64,000 nt of DNA, from assembly GCA_965198225.1 (NCBI GenBank), contig CBDAOY010000005.1:768001-832000 (forward strand), in the 5' to 3' direction. This stretch comes from Terriglobia bacterium (GTDB lineage Bacteria; Acidobacteriota; Terriglobia; 20CM-2-55-15). Made by a program: the position numbers and the translations under genes. Positions 25,257 through 37,600 of this stretch are shown here, one piece after another. Below the pieces are notes generated by a model that saw nothing but the letters and a program-made list of their open reading frames with translations, had not been told where the DNA came from and made no database searches. Each line of letters begins with the position of its first letter. Within the stretch, counting starts at the first letter, position 1.

Positions 25257-26239
25257 GCGGGGCCAGCGGACTGGAATATCTTAAGCCGTTCCTGCCGGGA
25301 CTGGAACCCGTGCTGGCGGACCCGGACGTGAGCGAGATCATGATTAACGGCCCGGATAACGTCTGGATCGAGCGGGACGGGAAGCTCGAACCCCATGCGG
25401 CCCCCCGGCTCGACCAGAGAGCGCTCGAACGGGCGGCCATCCATATCGCGCGGCCTCTCGGTCTGGACCCGGCGCAAAACCCCATTGTGGACGCACGGCT
25501 CGAAGACGGATCGCGCGTGGCGATATCGGTCCCCCCGGCCAGACCCAGGGTGGCCATCACCGTCCGGCGGTTCGGCAAACGGAGCTTTTCGCCCGAGGAT
25601 CTGGTGCGGATGGGCTCGCTGCCCGGCGCAGTACTGGACCAGGCGCGGGCCGTGCTGCAGGGGCGGCAAAACATCCTGGTCTCGGGCGGGACAGGATCGG
25701 GCAAGACCACCCTGCTCAACGCGCTGATCGAACTGCTGCCCGAAGACGAACGCATTGTCGCTATCGAGGACACGCTGGAGCTTCGCATTGAGCAGTCGAA
25801 TTGCGTCCGCTTCGAGGCTCGCGGCTTGCAGGAAGGAGCGGTGACGATCCGGGACCTGGTGCGCCACGCACTGCGGCACCGCCCGGATCATATCGTGGTC
25901 GGTGAGGTCCGGGGCGGGGAGGCCGCCGATCTGCTCCAGGCGCTCAACACCGGACATGGCGGCTCACTCACCACCCTCCACGCCAATAATGCCGAGTCCG
26001 CCCTGTCCCGGCTGGCCAGTTGCGCCATGCAGGGCGGCGGGGATCTTCCGTGGGAAGTCACCTGTAGGGGTGTGACGGACGGAATCTCGATGGTGATTCA
26101 CATGACACGGAGCGAGGGACAGCGGTACGTGGAAGAAGCGCTCCACGTCGGCGATTACGACGTGGACAAGCGGCGGTGGGACTCCAGGCCCGTGCCCTTC
26201 CCGACTTCACCCACACCACTCAGAGAGGTAAAGCCATGA
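25253..26239 (+). CDS. CpaF/VirB11/TrbB-family secretion ATPase
   Basis: SEIMING, GGTGSGKTT, IEDTLEL, LRHRPD..VVGEVRG, NTGH.GS.TTLHA. Confidence 0.9.
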   Translation: MSGASGLEYLKPFLPGLEPVLADPDVSEIMINGPDNVWIERDGKLEPHAAPRLDQRALERAAIHIARPLGLDPAQNPIVDARLEDGSRVAISVPPARPRVAITVRRFGKRSFSPEDLVRMGSLPGAVLDQARAVLQGRQNILVSGGTGSGKTTLLNALIELLPEDERIVAIEDTLELRIEQSNCVRFEARGLQEGAVTIRDLVRHALRHRPDHIVVGEVRGGEAADLLQALNTGHGGSLTTLHANNAESALSRLASCAMQGGGDLPWEVTCRGVTDGISMVIHMTRSEGQRYVEEALHVGDYDVDKRRWDSRPVPFPTSPTPLREVKP

Positions 26240-26739
26240 TGACAACAGCGCAGCGATTGCGGAAGCAACGGGCCGCATGGATCGGCGGGTTGATGTGTCT
26301 GGCCGGGATTCTGGCGCTGGCCGCTCAACAGGCTCCAGTCACCGCCCAGGTCGAGCGGGTGATCGATGGAGATACGCTCGTTGTGCGGCATGCAGGCGAG
26401 AGTTACACCATCCGGCTCATCGGAGCCGACACCCCGGAGACGGTCGATCCCACCCGGCCCGTCGAGTATTTCGGGGCGGAAGCATCCGCTTTCACCAGGG
26501 CACGGCTGGACGGCCTGACGGTGCTCCTGGTGCCCGACCGTACCGGAGACACACGGGACGCCTACGGGCGGCTATTGCGGCATGTCTATCTCGGAGGCGG
26601 TGAGAACTTCAATGCCATTCTGATCCGCGAAGGCTACGCCCACGCGATTCGCGGTTTCGACTACGCCACGCGGCGGGAGTTCATTGCCCTTGAGAATCAG
26701 GCCCGCGCCGGGGGCCGGGGCTTGTGGGGCCGCCGATGA
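26236..26739 (+). CDS. Secreted thermonuclease (SNase-like)
   Basis: RVIDGDT, IRLIGADTPE, DAYGRLL, GRGLW; signal peptide. Confidence 0.9.
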   Translation: MMTTAQRLRKQRAAWIGGLMCLAGILALAAQQAPVTAQVERVIDGDTLVVRHAGESYTIRLIGADTPETVDPTRPVEYFGAEASAFTRARLDGLTVLLVPDRTGDTRDAYGRLLRHVYLGGGENFNAILIREGYAHAIRGFDYATRREFIALENQARAGGRGLWGRR

Positions 26740-26834
26740 ATCCAACCGGGCTTTGTCGGCTACTCCAATTCCGGCGAAGGTCCGTATGCCATCGGAATGG
26801 CTACGGTCTTAATAATCGGACGGGCCGCCACCAA

Positions 26835-29800
26835 ATGAACATGGCTGCGGGGCGCATCTTGCTAATTCTTTCAATTGCGGCCGGTGCCAGCCAGGTCGCG
26901 GCCGCTCAAACCCCTCAACTAAGTATCAGCTCCAGCACGTCGACGCTGGAGCGCGGGGACAACGCCACGATCACCGTCAGCGTCCCGGCCGGGTCGGAGC
27001 CCACGAGCAATCTGACCGTGAGTTTTTCCTTTGGGGGAACTGCGACGCGTGGCGGAGTCGGGCTTGGCGATTACCAGATGACCGGGTCAGGTCACTATTA
27101 CCGCAGGCGAAAGCACGGCGACTCAGACGCTCTCAACGTGGACAAGATCCGGGTGGCACCCCGAGGAAACAATCATCCTCACGGCCAGTGCGACGGGGTA
27201 CCAAGACAGCAGCTCGCTCACCCTCACCCTCGAACACGGCGACCCTCCGTTATACGTCACCGCTGGATCGACCACTCTTATAGAGGGCAGCAGTACGACC
27301 ATTACTGTCCGTATCGAAAGCGCGGCACCCGCGCCCGGGTCTAACGTGACAGTGAGTTTCTCCTTCGGGGGAACTGCAAGCGAAGGATGCCCGGCAAGCC
27401 CGATCCACAGCTTCGATTACTGTATGGACGACTCGCTGACAATTCTAGCGGGCAACCACTCGGCCAGCACCACCCTCAACACATACCCGCAGGGGAACAG
27501 CAGCAACGTGACGGCGGTGATTAGAGCCAGCGCCGCGGGATATCAAAGCCGCTCCCGGACCATCACCATCCGGCCGACGCCATCCTTGACGCTGACGGCG
27601 GCGGATTCCAGCGTGTCCGAGCCCGATGGCACCACAACCCTCACCGTCAGTGTTCCCAGCGGCGACGAGCCCAGCAGCAACCTTTCCGTCTCGTTGACTC
27701 ACTCCGGTTCGGCCACCCACACCGACGACTACACCGTCGGCACGCTCACCATCGCGGCGGGACAAAGCTCGGAGACCGCCACGCTCACCGTTACCGACGA
27801 TTCCACCTATGAAGGCAACCAGACGATCCGGCTTCGGGCCAGCGCCACCGGCTATACGACGAGCGCGATTCTTTCGATTACCCTCGCGGATGACGACCCC
27901 GAACCGGAGCCGGACCCGGCTACCTTAACGCTCACTGCCGCCCCGTCCACCGTCTCCGAACCCTTCGGGAGCACGACCCTCACCGTGAGCGTTCCCAGCG
28001 GCGACGAGCCCAGCAGCAACCTGACCGTCTCGCTGACTCACTCCGGTTCGGCCGCCCACCCGGATGACTACACAGTGGGGACATTGACCATCGCGGCTGG
28101 GCAGCGGACAGGCACCGCGACCCTGACAGCCGCCGATGATTCCACCTATGAAGGGAATGAGACGATTCGGCTCCGGGCCTCCGCCACCGGCTATACCAAC
28201 AGCACGTTTGTATCGATCACGCTGAGCGATGACGACACCGCCACGTTGAGCCTGGCCGCCGCCGATACCAGAGTCTCCGAACCGAGCGGCGCGACCACCC
28301 TGACCGTTAGCATCCCGACGGGACAGGAACCCGGTAGTGACCTCACCGTTACGCTGACCCATTTCGGCTCGGCCGCCAACTCCGACGACTACACCGTCGC
28401 CACGTTGACCATCCTGGCCAGCCAGGGTTCGGGGACCGCGACGCTCAGCGTTGTGGACGACAGTGCTGTTGAGGGAGATGAAACGATTACGCTGGTAGCC
28501 TCCGCCACCGGGTATACCGACAGCGCGTCCCTGTCGCTGACCCTCACCGACAACGACGGCACTCCATTGACCTTGACCGCCGCCGATACCAGCGTGGCCG
28601 AGCCGGACGGGACGACGACTCTAACCGTCAGCGTTCCCACCGGCGCGGAACCGAGCAGCGACCTCAGCGTGACGTTGACCCACACGGGGAGCGCCGTACA
28701 GTCCACCGACTACACCGTCGGCACGCTCACCATCGCGGCGGGTCAGAGCTCCGGCACCGCCACGCTCAGCGTTGCCGACGACAGCGCTTTTGAGGGAGAT
28801 GAAACAATTACCCTGGTGGCCTCCGCCACCGGGTACACCTCCAGCACGGCGCTCTCGATCACCCTGAGCGATGACGATGCCCCTTCGTTGAGCCTGGCCG
28901 CGGCCGATACCAGCGTCTCCGAACCGAGCGGCGCGACCACCTTGACCGTGAGCGTTCCCGCGGGCGCGGAACCGAGTAGCGACTTGGCCGTTACGCTGAC
29001 CCATTCCGGCTCCGCCACGCATCCTGATGACTACACCGTCGCGGCGCTGACCATCCTGGCGGGACAGAGCTCGAGGACCGCCACGCTCACCGTCGTCGAT
29101 GATTCCACCTATGAAGGGGACGAGACGATCCAGCTCACAGCCTCCGCCACCGGCTATACCGACAGCGCGTCCCTGTCGCTGACCCTCACCGATGACGACG
29201 GCGCGGCGTTGACGTTGATCTCCAATGCCACGACGTTCGAGCGCGGTGAGAACGCGACAATCACCATCCGCGTCCCCGCTGGCGCGGAGCTCACCACCGA
29301 CTTGACCGTCACGTTTGCCTTCGGCGGCACGGCCACACGCGGGGGCTCCGGGCGCGGGGATTACCAGGTCAACGGTTTACTCACCATTCCGGCGGGACTC
29401 GCCTCTGCGAGTACAACGCTGCTGACGTGGCAACGAGGGGGCTGGGACGACGAGGATACGATTGTCATCATAGCCAGTGCCACCGGATATACGACCAGCA
29501 GCCCGCTCACCCTCACTCTCCTCGGCGACGCCGAGCCGCCGTTATACGTCATTCCCGAGGCGACTACGCTCATCGCCGGAAATAGTACGGCGATCACTGT
29601 TTGGATCGACACGGCCGCGCCCGCACCCGAGTCCGACGTGACGGTGACCCTCTCCTTCGGGGGAACGGCAAACAGAGGCTGTTCGCAAGGCGCGGTTGCA
29701 CCCTTCGATTATTGCGCCCCCGGCTTGCTCACGATTGCCGCGGCAGCGATTGACCGCCTGGTATACCACAGCGTCATTCTGGAATTGAATCTCTCCAGCT

Positions 29801-29844
29801 ACCGCATGGAAGCCGCAAAGAAATCGAAAGGACGAAAAAAATGA
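26835..29844 (+). pseudogene. Calx-beta/Ig-like repeat surface protein; frameshift near 27090; C-terminus replaced by an istB tail
   Basis: Five ~100-aa repeats (VSEP..TTTLTVS..DYTV..DDSTYEGNETI) flanked by two repeated domain pairs. Confidence 0.8.
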
Positions 29845-30029
29845 TGGCGACGCGCCTGTGGAAAACGCCGCATCCGTGGAAATCCGCAAAAACACGGATT
29901 CCCACCGCTGCTTGGAAAAGCCTGCGGCTTTACCACGTTTCCCACAGGCTCGACGGTGAAGGAAACTCTCTACTCGAATCGGGAATTTTCTTTGTCGTTA
30001 GGGGCGGGAATTTTGATTGACGTTGGACA
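29739..30029 (+). mobile_element. IS21 right-end remnant (istB last codons, structured 3' region, terminal ..GACGTTGGACA)
   Basis: Matches the reverse complement of the istB end at ~6860-7070; repeated GGGAATTTT motifs. Confidence 0.8.
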
Positions 30030-30198
30030 CCCCGCAGAACTGGCGCTTCTCATATAGCGGAAGCGGTGGCGGGAATTACTCCAGGAGGGTCACACACGGA
30101 CCCTTAGAGTAATTTTTCGCACGGCTGCCGCTCGGGGTCCGGGAATAGACGCCCGTGGTTCCCCTGCCTTGTCCGGGAACACGGGAGAATGAAAAGCC

Positions 30199-31200
30199 AT
30201 GAAGCGTAAGCGAGACGGATTGGTTCCGATCGGTGATGCCCTCTCCGGCCTGGATGACGGGCCGGGCCAGGAGCTCCGCCCATCACCGCCGCGGCGGCGG
30301 AGCTTCACCATTGCCGATCAAGTGGACCAGTTGATCGGGGTCAGCGAAAGAGACCCCGATATGGGTTTCATGGCGCGAATGCTGGCGTTGTGCAGCTTGC
30401 CCCGCGCCAACCCCGGCAACCAGAAGGAATACCAACGCCTCAACGGCACGTACAAGCTGGTCATATTTTCAAGCGGTGAGACCAAACTCCCCTACGGAAA
30501 TATTTCCCGCCTGCTGCTGGCTTGGCTTTGCACGGAGGCGGTACGCACTCAAAGCCATGTGCTGATCCTCGGTTCTTCGCTTTCCGAGTTCATGCGCAAG
30601 CTGGGTATCACCAGCACTGACGGGAGAACCCAATCGAGGCTCTGCAACCAGATGGACCGCCTGTTCAACGCACACGTTTCGCTGATCTACTCGGATGAGC
30701 GCGGCAAGGCCACCGTAAACTCGCGGATCGCCGCCCGCACCGAGCTCTGGTGGGATCCGAAGCGTCTCGATGTGCCGATGCTGTGGGAGAGCAAGATCGA
30801 ACTCAGCGAAGACTTGTTCAATGAGATTGTCAACCGCCCGGTGCCGCTCGACATGAACACCCTCACGGCCCTCAAAAGCTCTTCGCTGTGCCTCGATCTC
30901 TACCTGTGGGTGGCCTACCGGATCTCCACATTGCGCGCTCCGCTCCACATCCCTTGGCCGCAGCTGTACGGCCAGTTCGGGACGGCTCCGGCCAAAGCCA
31001 GCGACAAATTCATCGTTCGGAGCTTCCGCCAAAATGTTCTGCGTGAGTTGAAGAAGATCAAGCTGGCCTGGCCGGAGTTGAACTACACCACGGCTCCGGG
31101 CGTCCTGATCCTGTTGCCTTCGGCCCCGGCCATCGCTCCGGTTCAGCAGCTTTCGCTTGTAGAAAAAGCTTCGAGGGTTCACCCCACGGCGGAAGGATGA
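30199..31200 (+). CDS. repA: RepA (identical protein to 4371-5372)
   Basis: Identical translation. Confidence 0.85.
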   Translation: MKRKRDGLVPIGDALSGLDDGPGQELRPSPPRRRSFTIADQVDQLIGVSERDPDMGFMARMLALCSLPRANPGNQKEYQRLNGTYKLVIFSSGETKLPYGNISRLLLAWLCTEAVRTQSHVLILGSSLSEFMRKLGITSTDGRTQSRLCNQMDRLFNAHVSLIYSDERGKATVNSRIAARTELWWDPKRLDVPMLWESKIELSEDLFNEIVNRPVPLDMNTLTALKSSSLCLDLYLWVAYRISTLRAPLHIPWPQLYGQFGTAPAKASDKFIVRSFRQNVLRELKKIKLAWPELNYTTAPGVLILLPSAPAIAPVQQLSLVEKASRVHPTAEG

Positions 31201-32276
31201 AACCGAGAATATCCATCGGAACTTGCCAAAGGGCGATTTCTCTCGTGGAAAGGGCGAGCGCAACCGCCGGTGTTGGCATCCCTGTGATGATCCGTGGGGA
31301 GCAGGTGCTCATCACCAGAGCCCTCCGCGTCCATGGGAAGAACTGGATCTGCGGAGATATCCGGCTTCCGCGCGCCAGCCGGGAAGAACTCACCCGGAAG
31401 GCGCGCGCCATCATTGCAGAAGACGAACGCCAGTTCCTCGAGCGGTTTCCTCCTCTCCCGCCAACGATATCCATCCGGGAGTGCCAGCAAGCGATTGAGA
31501 TTGCTGGAGCCATTTCCATCACTCTTCGGGGTGAGGAGATGCGCATCACCGAGATCGCCACCCGGGATCTCACCAAGTGGGTCAGCGGAGATATCCGGTT
31601 TACGCCCAAAGAGAAGGAACTCCTCACCCAACAGGCCCGCGCCATCCTTGCGGCCAAGGACACGGATCCCAAATAGCCCGCGCAGCGGGTGTCCGCAAGC
31701 TGCGGTCAGGCATCGGCAGTCTTCTGTGCGCAGGTATTTGTAGAGGGTTTGCCGGCTGATGCCGAACTCGCGGGCCAGCCGGGTCTTTCCCTCTCCGACC
31801 GGGACCCGTTGGCGGAGCTGGGCCGCCTGCGCCGGCGCGAGCGTTTTCTTGCGGCCCCGGTAGGCCCCGCGCTGCTTGGCTAGGGCGATGCCTTCGCGCT
31901 GCCGTTCCCGGAGCAAGGCCCGCTCGAACTCGGCGAAGGCCCCCATGACCGACAGCATGAGGTCCTCCATCGGGGAGTCCTCGCCGGTGAAGGTCAGGTT
32001 CTCCTTGACGAACTCGATGCGTACGCCGCGCCCGGTCAGCGTGCCCACGATGCGCCGCAGGTCGTCCAGGTTGCGAGCCAGCCGATCCATGCTGTGGACC
32101 ACCACCGTGTCGGTTTTGCGCACGAAGGCGAGCAGCCGTTCCAGTTCCGGACGCTCTGTGTCCCTGCCCGAAGCCTGGTCGGTAAAGACCTGGTCGAGGG
32201 GGAGCTGCTCCAGTTGGCGTTCCGGGTTCGGGTCGATGCTGCTCACCCGGACGTAGGCGATGCGTTGGCCTGGCAC
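31179..32276 (-). CDS. tnpR: Tn21-like resolvase, second copy (res site ~32296-32419, HigA fragment 32424-32604)
   Basis: Resolvase part identical to the 3286 copy. Confidence 0.85.
   Translation of the reverse strand: MPGQRIAYVRVSSIDPNPERQLEQLPLDQVFTDQASGRDTERPELERLLAFVRKTDTVVVHSMDRLARNLDDLRRIVGTLTGRGVRIEFVKENLTFTGEDSPMEDLMLSVMGAFAEFERALLRERQREGIALAKQRGAYRGRKKTLAPAQAAQLRQRVPVGEGKTRLAREFGISRQTLYKYLRTEDCRCLTAACGHPLRGLFGIRVLGRKDGAGLLGEEFLLFGRKPDISADPLGEIPGGDLGDAHLLTPKSDGNGSSNLNRLLALPDGYRWRERRKPLEELAFVFCNDGARLPGEFFPAGARKPDISADPVLPMDAEGSGDEHLLPTDHHRDANTGGCARPFHERNRPLASSDGYSRFHPSAVG
31197..31676 (+). CDS. repA-coupled duplicated-domain hypothetical protein
   Basis: Copy of 3886-4374 minus 3 aa. 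Confidence 0.7.
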   Translation: MKPRISIGTCQRAISLVERASATAGVGIPVMIRGEQVLITRALRVHGKNWICGDIRLPRASREELTRKARAIIAEDERQFLERFPPLPPTISIRECQQAIEIAGAISITLRGEEMRITEIATRDLTKWVSGDIRFTPKEKELLTQQARAILAAKDTDPK

Positions 32277-32749
32277 GGCGTTCCTCCTGCTGCGAATCTG
32301 TCAATAAAGAATCTAAGACCGTGGGCGGGGCGTGTAAATCAATGCAACACACGAGCCTAGTTCGACGCGATTCGGGGGGTTGCTTGACATCAGTTTAGGG
32401 TATACATCAACCTGACATGCTCAATGGAGGCCTGCAACCTCCGGCAAAAGGACCTCGGCGTCCTGATCGGATCCCAGTCTCATGCCTCGGAGGTGCTCAA
32501 CCGTCGCCGTCCGCTGACCCTGCCAATGATCCGGCTTGTCGGCTGAATGGAACCTTCCGGCCGACATGCTTGTGCGCGAGTATGCCCTCAGAGCCGGGCC
32601 ATAGAGGCTTCACCAGTGCCTTTAGGAGTGGGAAGTCAAGCCGTTTATGAACATGGGATTAATTGCACCATGTTATTTCCTGACCCGGCGCCCAATGTGA
32701 GCTGCTTTTCAGCGGCCCTGAAGCACTTACTCTCGCTAAGACCTTACCA

Positions 32750-34073
32750 CTACGATTTCAGATCGAAGCGGTCCAGGGTCATCACCTTGGTCCATGCCTC
32801 AACGAAGTCATGCACGAACTCTTCCTGCGCGTCGTCCGCGGCATAGAACTCAGCAACAGCGCGCAGCTCAGAGTTAGAACCAAAGATCAAGTCAACCGGA
32901 GTAGCTGTCCACTTGAGCTCGCCGGTGGCGCGATCAGAGCCCTCGTAAATGCCCTCGGTGGATGACTCGGTCCACTGGGTTGACATGTCGATCAGGTTGA
33001 CAAAGAAGTCGTTGCTCAGTGTGCCAGGACGGTCTGTGAACACGCCGTGAGCAGAGCCTCCAGCATTGGCATTCATCGCTCGCATGCCGCCGACAAGTGC
33101 GGCCATTTCAGGAACGGTCAGGTTCAGCAGAGCCGCCTTCTCCACCAGCATTTCCGCCGGAGATCGGGGGTTAACGCTGGCGAAGTAGTTGCGGAACCCA
33201 TCCGCAGTCGGCTCGAGCAGAGCAAAGGAGTCCACATCGGTCTGCCCCTCGGAGGCGTCCATGCGACCAGGTACAAAGGGCACATCCACGTCGACCCCGG
33301 CCCTTGCAGCCGCTTGCTCAATGGCAACAGCACCTCCGAGAACGATCAGGTCGGCAAGAGAGATTCGCTTGCCGCCTGATTGCGCGCTGTTGAAATCACT
33401 CTGGATCTCCTCCAGGGCCTCCACCACGCGGTCCAGTTCAGCCGGATCGTTTACAGCCCAGTCATTCTGGGGCGCGAGACGAATACGGCCCCCGTTGGCG
33501 CCTCCGCGCATATCGGTCCCGCGGAAAGTGGATGCCGAGGCCCAGGCGATCCTGACTAATTCAGCGGTAGACAACCCGGAATCAAGAATCTCAGCTTTCA
33601 GCTCGACCGCATCCTGTGCATTGATCACGGTGTGATCCACTTCAGGAATGGGGTCTTGCCATACGAATTCCTGGTCCGGTACCAGATCACCGAGGTAACG
33701 CGACGCCGGACCCATGTCGCGGTGAGTCAGCTTGAACCAGGCCCGGGCGAAAGCGCCTTCGAACTCTTCCGGGTTCTCGAGCCAGCGCGAAGTGATCTCA
33801 CGATAGGCCGGGTCCACCTTCAGTGCAAGGTCGGTGGTCAACATCATTGGCGCATGCCGTTCGGACGGATCGCGGGCATCCGGCACTAAATTCGATGCAG
33901 CCCCGCCAGCGGGCTCCCACTGGATTGCACCGGCAGGGCTTCGAGTCTGCACCCACTCATAGGCGTACAAAGTTTCAAGGTAGTTATGGGTCCAGGCTGC
34001 GGGGTTGATCGTCCACGCACCTTCCAGGCCACTGGTGATCGTGTCGCCGCCATTGCCACTGTCGTAGCTGTTT
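32750..34073 (-). pseudogene. katG: katG 3' portion fused to IS256 transposase sequence
   Basis: Junction GAAGGT|AAACAGC at 34074/34073; heme-site N-terminal motifs absent. Confidence 0.9.
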
Positions 34074-34636
34074 ACCTTCGAGAGGCATCGGTTCGCAGTC
34101 GCAGAGCAGAGAAGGGAGACTTCCACTGGATTGGTAGTCCGCAGATGTTTCCACTGCTGTTTGGGATAGTTGTAAAACGTCACCATCCGATCCCAGTCCT
34201 GGTCGATCAGATCAGCCGCTGCCTCCAGTCCTCTCTTGCCACACCAATGTTGGAATCGTCCTTTGACTTGCTCGGCTTCCTGCCGTGTTTCTGCATAAGG
34301 GATCTGCCGCAACATCAACAACGCCGCTTTGTGCCGACCCTTGGGGATCTTAGCCAGCAAGTTGACGATGCGATGATTCCAGCATCTCTGCTCGTCGGCT
34401 TCTGGGAAAACGTTGCGCAACGCTCCCCAGATCCCCAGATGCCCGTCAGCCATCACCAGTCTCGGTGGGTTCATCCCCCGCTCTTTGAGATCCCTCAGCA
34501 CTTCGGACCAGCTCTGGGTCGATTCTCGATAACCACTACTGACCGACACCACCACTTTAGTGCCATCACTTAAAGCGGCGATCACTACCAGGATCACGGC
34601 CTTTTCCTTCTCCAGCCCTGCTTTGATGTACACACA

Positions 34637-37600
34637 CCTCGGCGGTCACCCAAAACCGGCCAATGGTGGTCACCTGAAAACCGGCCAACGAACATAGATA
34701 AGCCCGGGACATTGACACCGACGGGAAGCCGAAACAGGCTCCGTCGGCATGAGCAATGTCTTGAGCACAGAAAAGAGAGAGCAAGTTGTTGCATTGGGGC
34801 GGCTTGGATGGCCGCTGCGTCGGATCGAACAGACCACCGGCGTGCGTCGTGAGACGGCCAGTGCGTATCTGAGAGCGGCCGGAATCCCCATTCGGCCGCC
34901 CGGGAGTTGGGGCCGGCGACCGGCAAAACCGGCCAACGAGGTGACCACCGACCCGGACGGCGTAAATGGTGTCGTTGAGGGGTTTGGCGGTTCCGATACT
35001 TCAAAACCGGCCAACGAAGTGACCACCGACCCGGAGGCCGAGAATCCGGTCTCGGCAGAGTCGTCGGCTCCCCCTCCAAGCCCACCGTCGGGCAGTTCCT
35101 GCGAGCCGTACCGGGAGACCATCCAACAGGCGCTGGAGCGTGGCCGCAACGCGATGGCGATCTGGCAGGACCTGGTCACGGATCACGGTTTTGTCGGCAG
35201 CTACGAATCGGTCAAGCGTTTCGTTCGCAAACTCCGGGGAGTGCGATCCCCGGAAGCGGTCGGAATCATCCAGACCGGAGCTGGAGAGGAAGCGCAGGTC
35301 GACTACGGGACCGGACCGATGGTCCGGGATCCGAAGACGGGCAAGTACCGACGGACGCGGCTGTTCGTGATGACGTTGGGCTACAGCCGCAAATCGGTCC
35401 GGCTGCTGACGTTCAAGTCCAGTTCCCGCATCTGGGCCCAGTTGCACGAGACCGCGTTCCGCCGACTCGGCGGCACTCCCCGCCTCATCGTGCTGGATAA
35501 CCTGCGCGAAGGCGTGATCGTCCCGGACCATTACGACCCCACCCTGAATCCGTTGTTTCGAGATGTCCTGACCCATTACGGCGTGGTGGCCATGCCATGC
35601 CGGGTGCGCGATCCAGACCGCAAAGGCAAAGTCGAATCCGGTGTCGGGCACGCCCAGAAGACCCCATTGAAGGGACAGCGCTTCGAGAGCCTCGACCAGG
35701 CCCAGGGGTATCTGGATCGCTGGGAAGTCCGATGGGCCGACACCCGCATCCACGGCACGACCAAGCGGCAGGTGGCGGCCATGTTCGCCGAAGAGAAACC
35801 ATCTCTTAAGCCGCTGCCGATCGAACCGTTTCGCTATTACCAATTCGGTGAACGTGTCGTCCATCTCGACGGTTGCGTCGAAGTCGAAGCCGCCTATTAC
35901 AGTGTACCGCCGGGCTGGATCGGACGGGGTGTCAAGGTCCAGTGGGACACGCTTCACGTCCGGATCCTGGACCCAAACACCTATCCACTCCTCCGCGAGC
36001 ATGTCCGCCAGAAGCGGGGTGGATACCGTGTCCGTGCTGAAGACAACCCGAAGAAAACCCCGTTAACGACGGTGCAACTGCTGGCCCGAGCCCGCCGCGC
36101 TGGCACCCACATCGGCACACTCTGTGACGCCATTCACCGCCGACTGCGTATTCCGCCGATCATGAACGCCAGTTCCGGGCAACGTGAACACGGATTCCGG
36201 TGATGGTGAACGCTCGCCGGAGCGAAGCGACGATTAGGGTCTCAGTTCTTGCCTCCAGAGTCCAGGGTTGCAGTCTTGATCCTCGTTTCCCATGGTCGTG
36301 TTACGGAGCCGCCGCCGGGTCTGTGGGAACTGTGCGAAAGCCGGAGCGTTGGTTGCGGAGGCTTTTGCAAACAGCGGTGGGAATGATTCTGAAGAAGTCG
36401 GCCGAAGGCCCTCCATATTCATTTCCACGGCTGTGGCAGTTTCCACAGGCCACCTGTTGCGGGAGCATCCTGCAGCCCGGAGCGGGTGCGTACGTGCCGG
36501 TTCCTGCAATTACTTCGCGCGAGGGCGACCGAGGAGCGACGATTCGGTTCCGGTCCGAGCTGGAGTAGCCCCTGAGCCAGGATGCCGTGACAGTCATCGG
36601 GATACCTTCGACTTCTTCGGTGCGGATTTAGTCTGCCGCATCGACGCCCCCTTCAGTTCGATCCGGTGCGCGTTGTGTAAGAGACGGTCGCAGATGGCAT
36701 CGGCCTGGTTCGGATCACCGATGACGCCGTGCCAGTCCGAGACGGGGAGTTGGCTGGCGATCAGGGTCGAAGAGCGTTCGCTGCGTTCCTCGATGACCTC
36801 GATCAGGTCGCGGCGTTCACTATCGCGCAGAGGCGCCAGGAGCCAGTCGTCGATAGCCAGCAGATCGAGCTTGCCCAAACGTGTCAGCAGTCGGGTATAA
36901 GAGCCATCGCCGCGACCGACCCCCAGGTCGTGAAGGAGGCGTGGCATGCGGGTGTAGGCGGCGGCGCAGCCGCTACGGCAAGCCCGCTCGACGAATGCCG
37001 AGCACAGGAAGCTCTTTCCGATGCCGGTGGGCCCGGTCACGATCAGATTGTGCCGCTCCGAGATCCACCCACAGGTTCCCAGAGCCAGGACTTGGGAACG
37101 GTCCAGGTCCCGTCGATGTTTGAAGTTGACGTTTTCCAGTGAAGCCGGATAGCGGAGCTTGGCCGAGCGGAGACGGCGGGTGAGCTTGCGCTGCTCACGG
37201 GCGGTCCATTCCGCATCCACGAGCAGACCCAGCCGTTCGTCAAAGCTGAGTTCCGGGTACTGGGATGACTGGCGTTGTTGGGTGACGGCCTCGGCCATCC
37301 CGGCCAGTTTCATGGCGTGCATCTTCTCCAGGGTTTGTTCAATGAGCATGGAAGAGGTCCTCCTCGGGGTTGGTGTAGTAAGCGGCGCCACGGATGTTGG
37401 CGTGATGCGGCGTCGGATCGATTTCGGTGTCCTGGAACGGCAACCGGTCCTGGGCGGATGCCAGGATGTTCTTGACGGTGCGGTAGCTGTAAGAGTTCAA
37501 GCGCAAGGCCCGGGCGCTGGCGGCCTCCAAACGGTCGGTGCCGTACTGGCGGCCCAGCCGCATCAGTCCCAGGCAGGCGCGGTAGCCTTGTTCCGGATGC

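Larger units (their letters stand above)
29997..34327. repeat. Inverted copy of 1-5574, lacking the equivalent of 254-1488
   Basis: Mirror-image ORFs; coordinate sums 35571 and 35562 (9-bp indel); a few SNPs. Confidence 0.95.
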
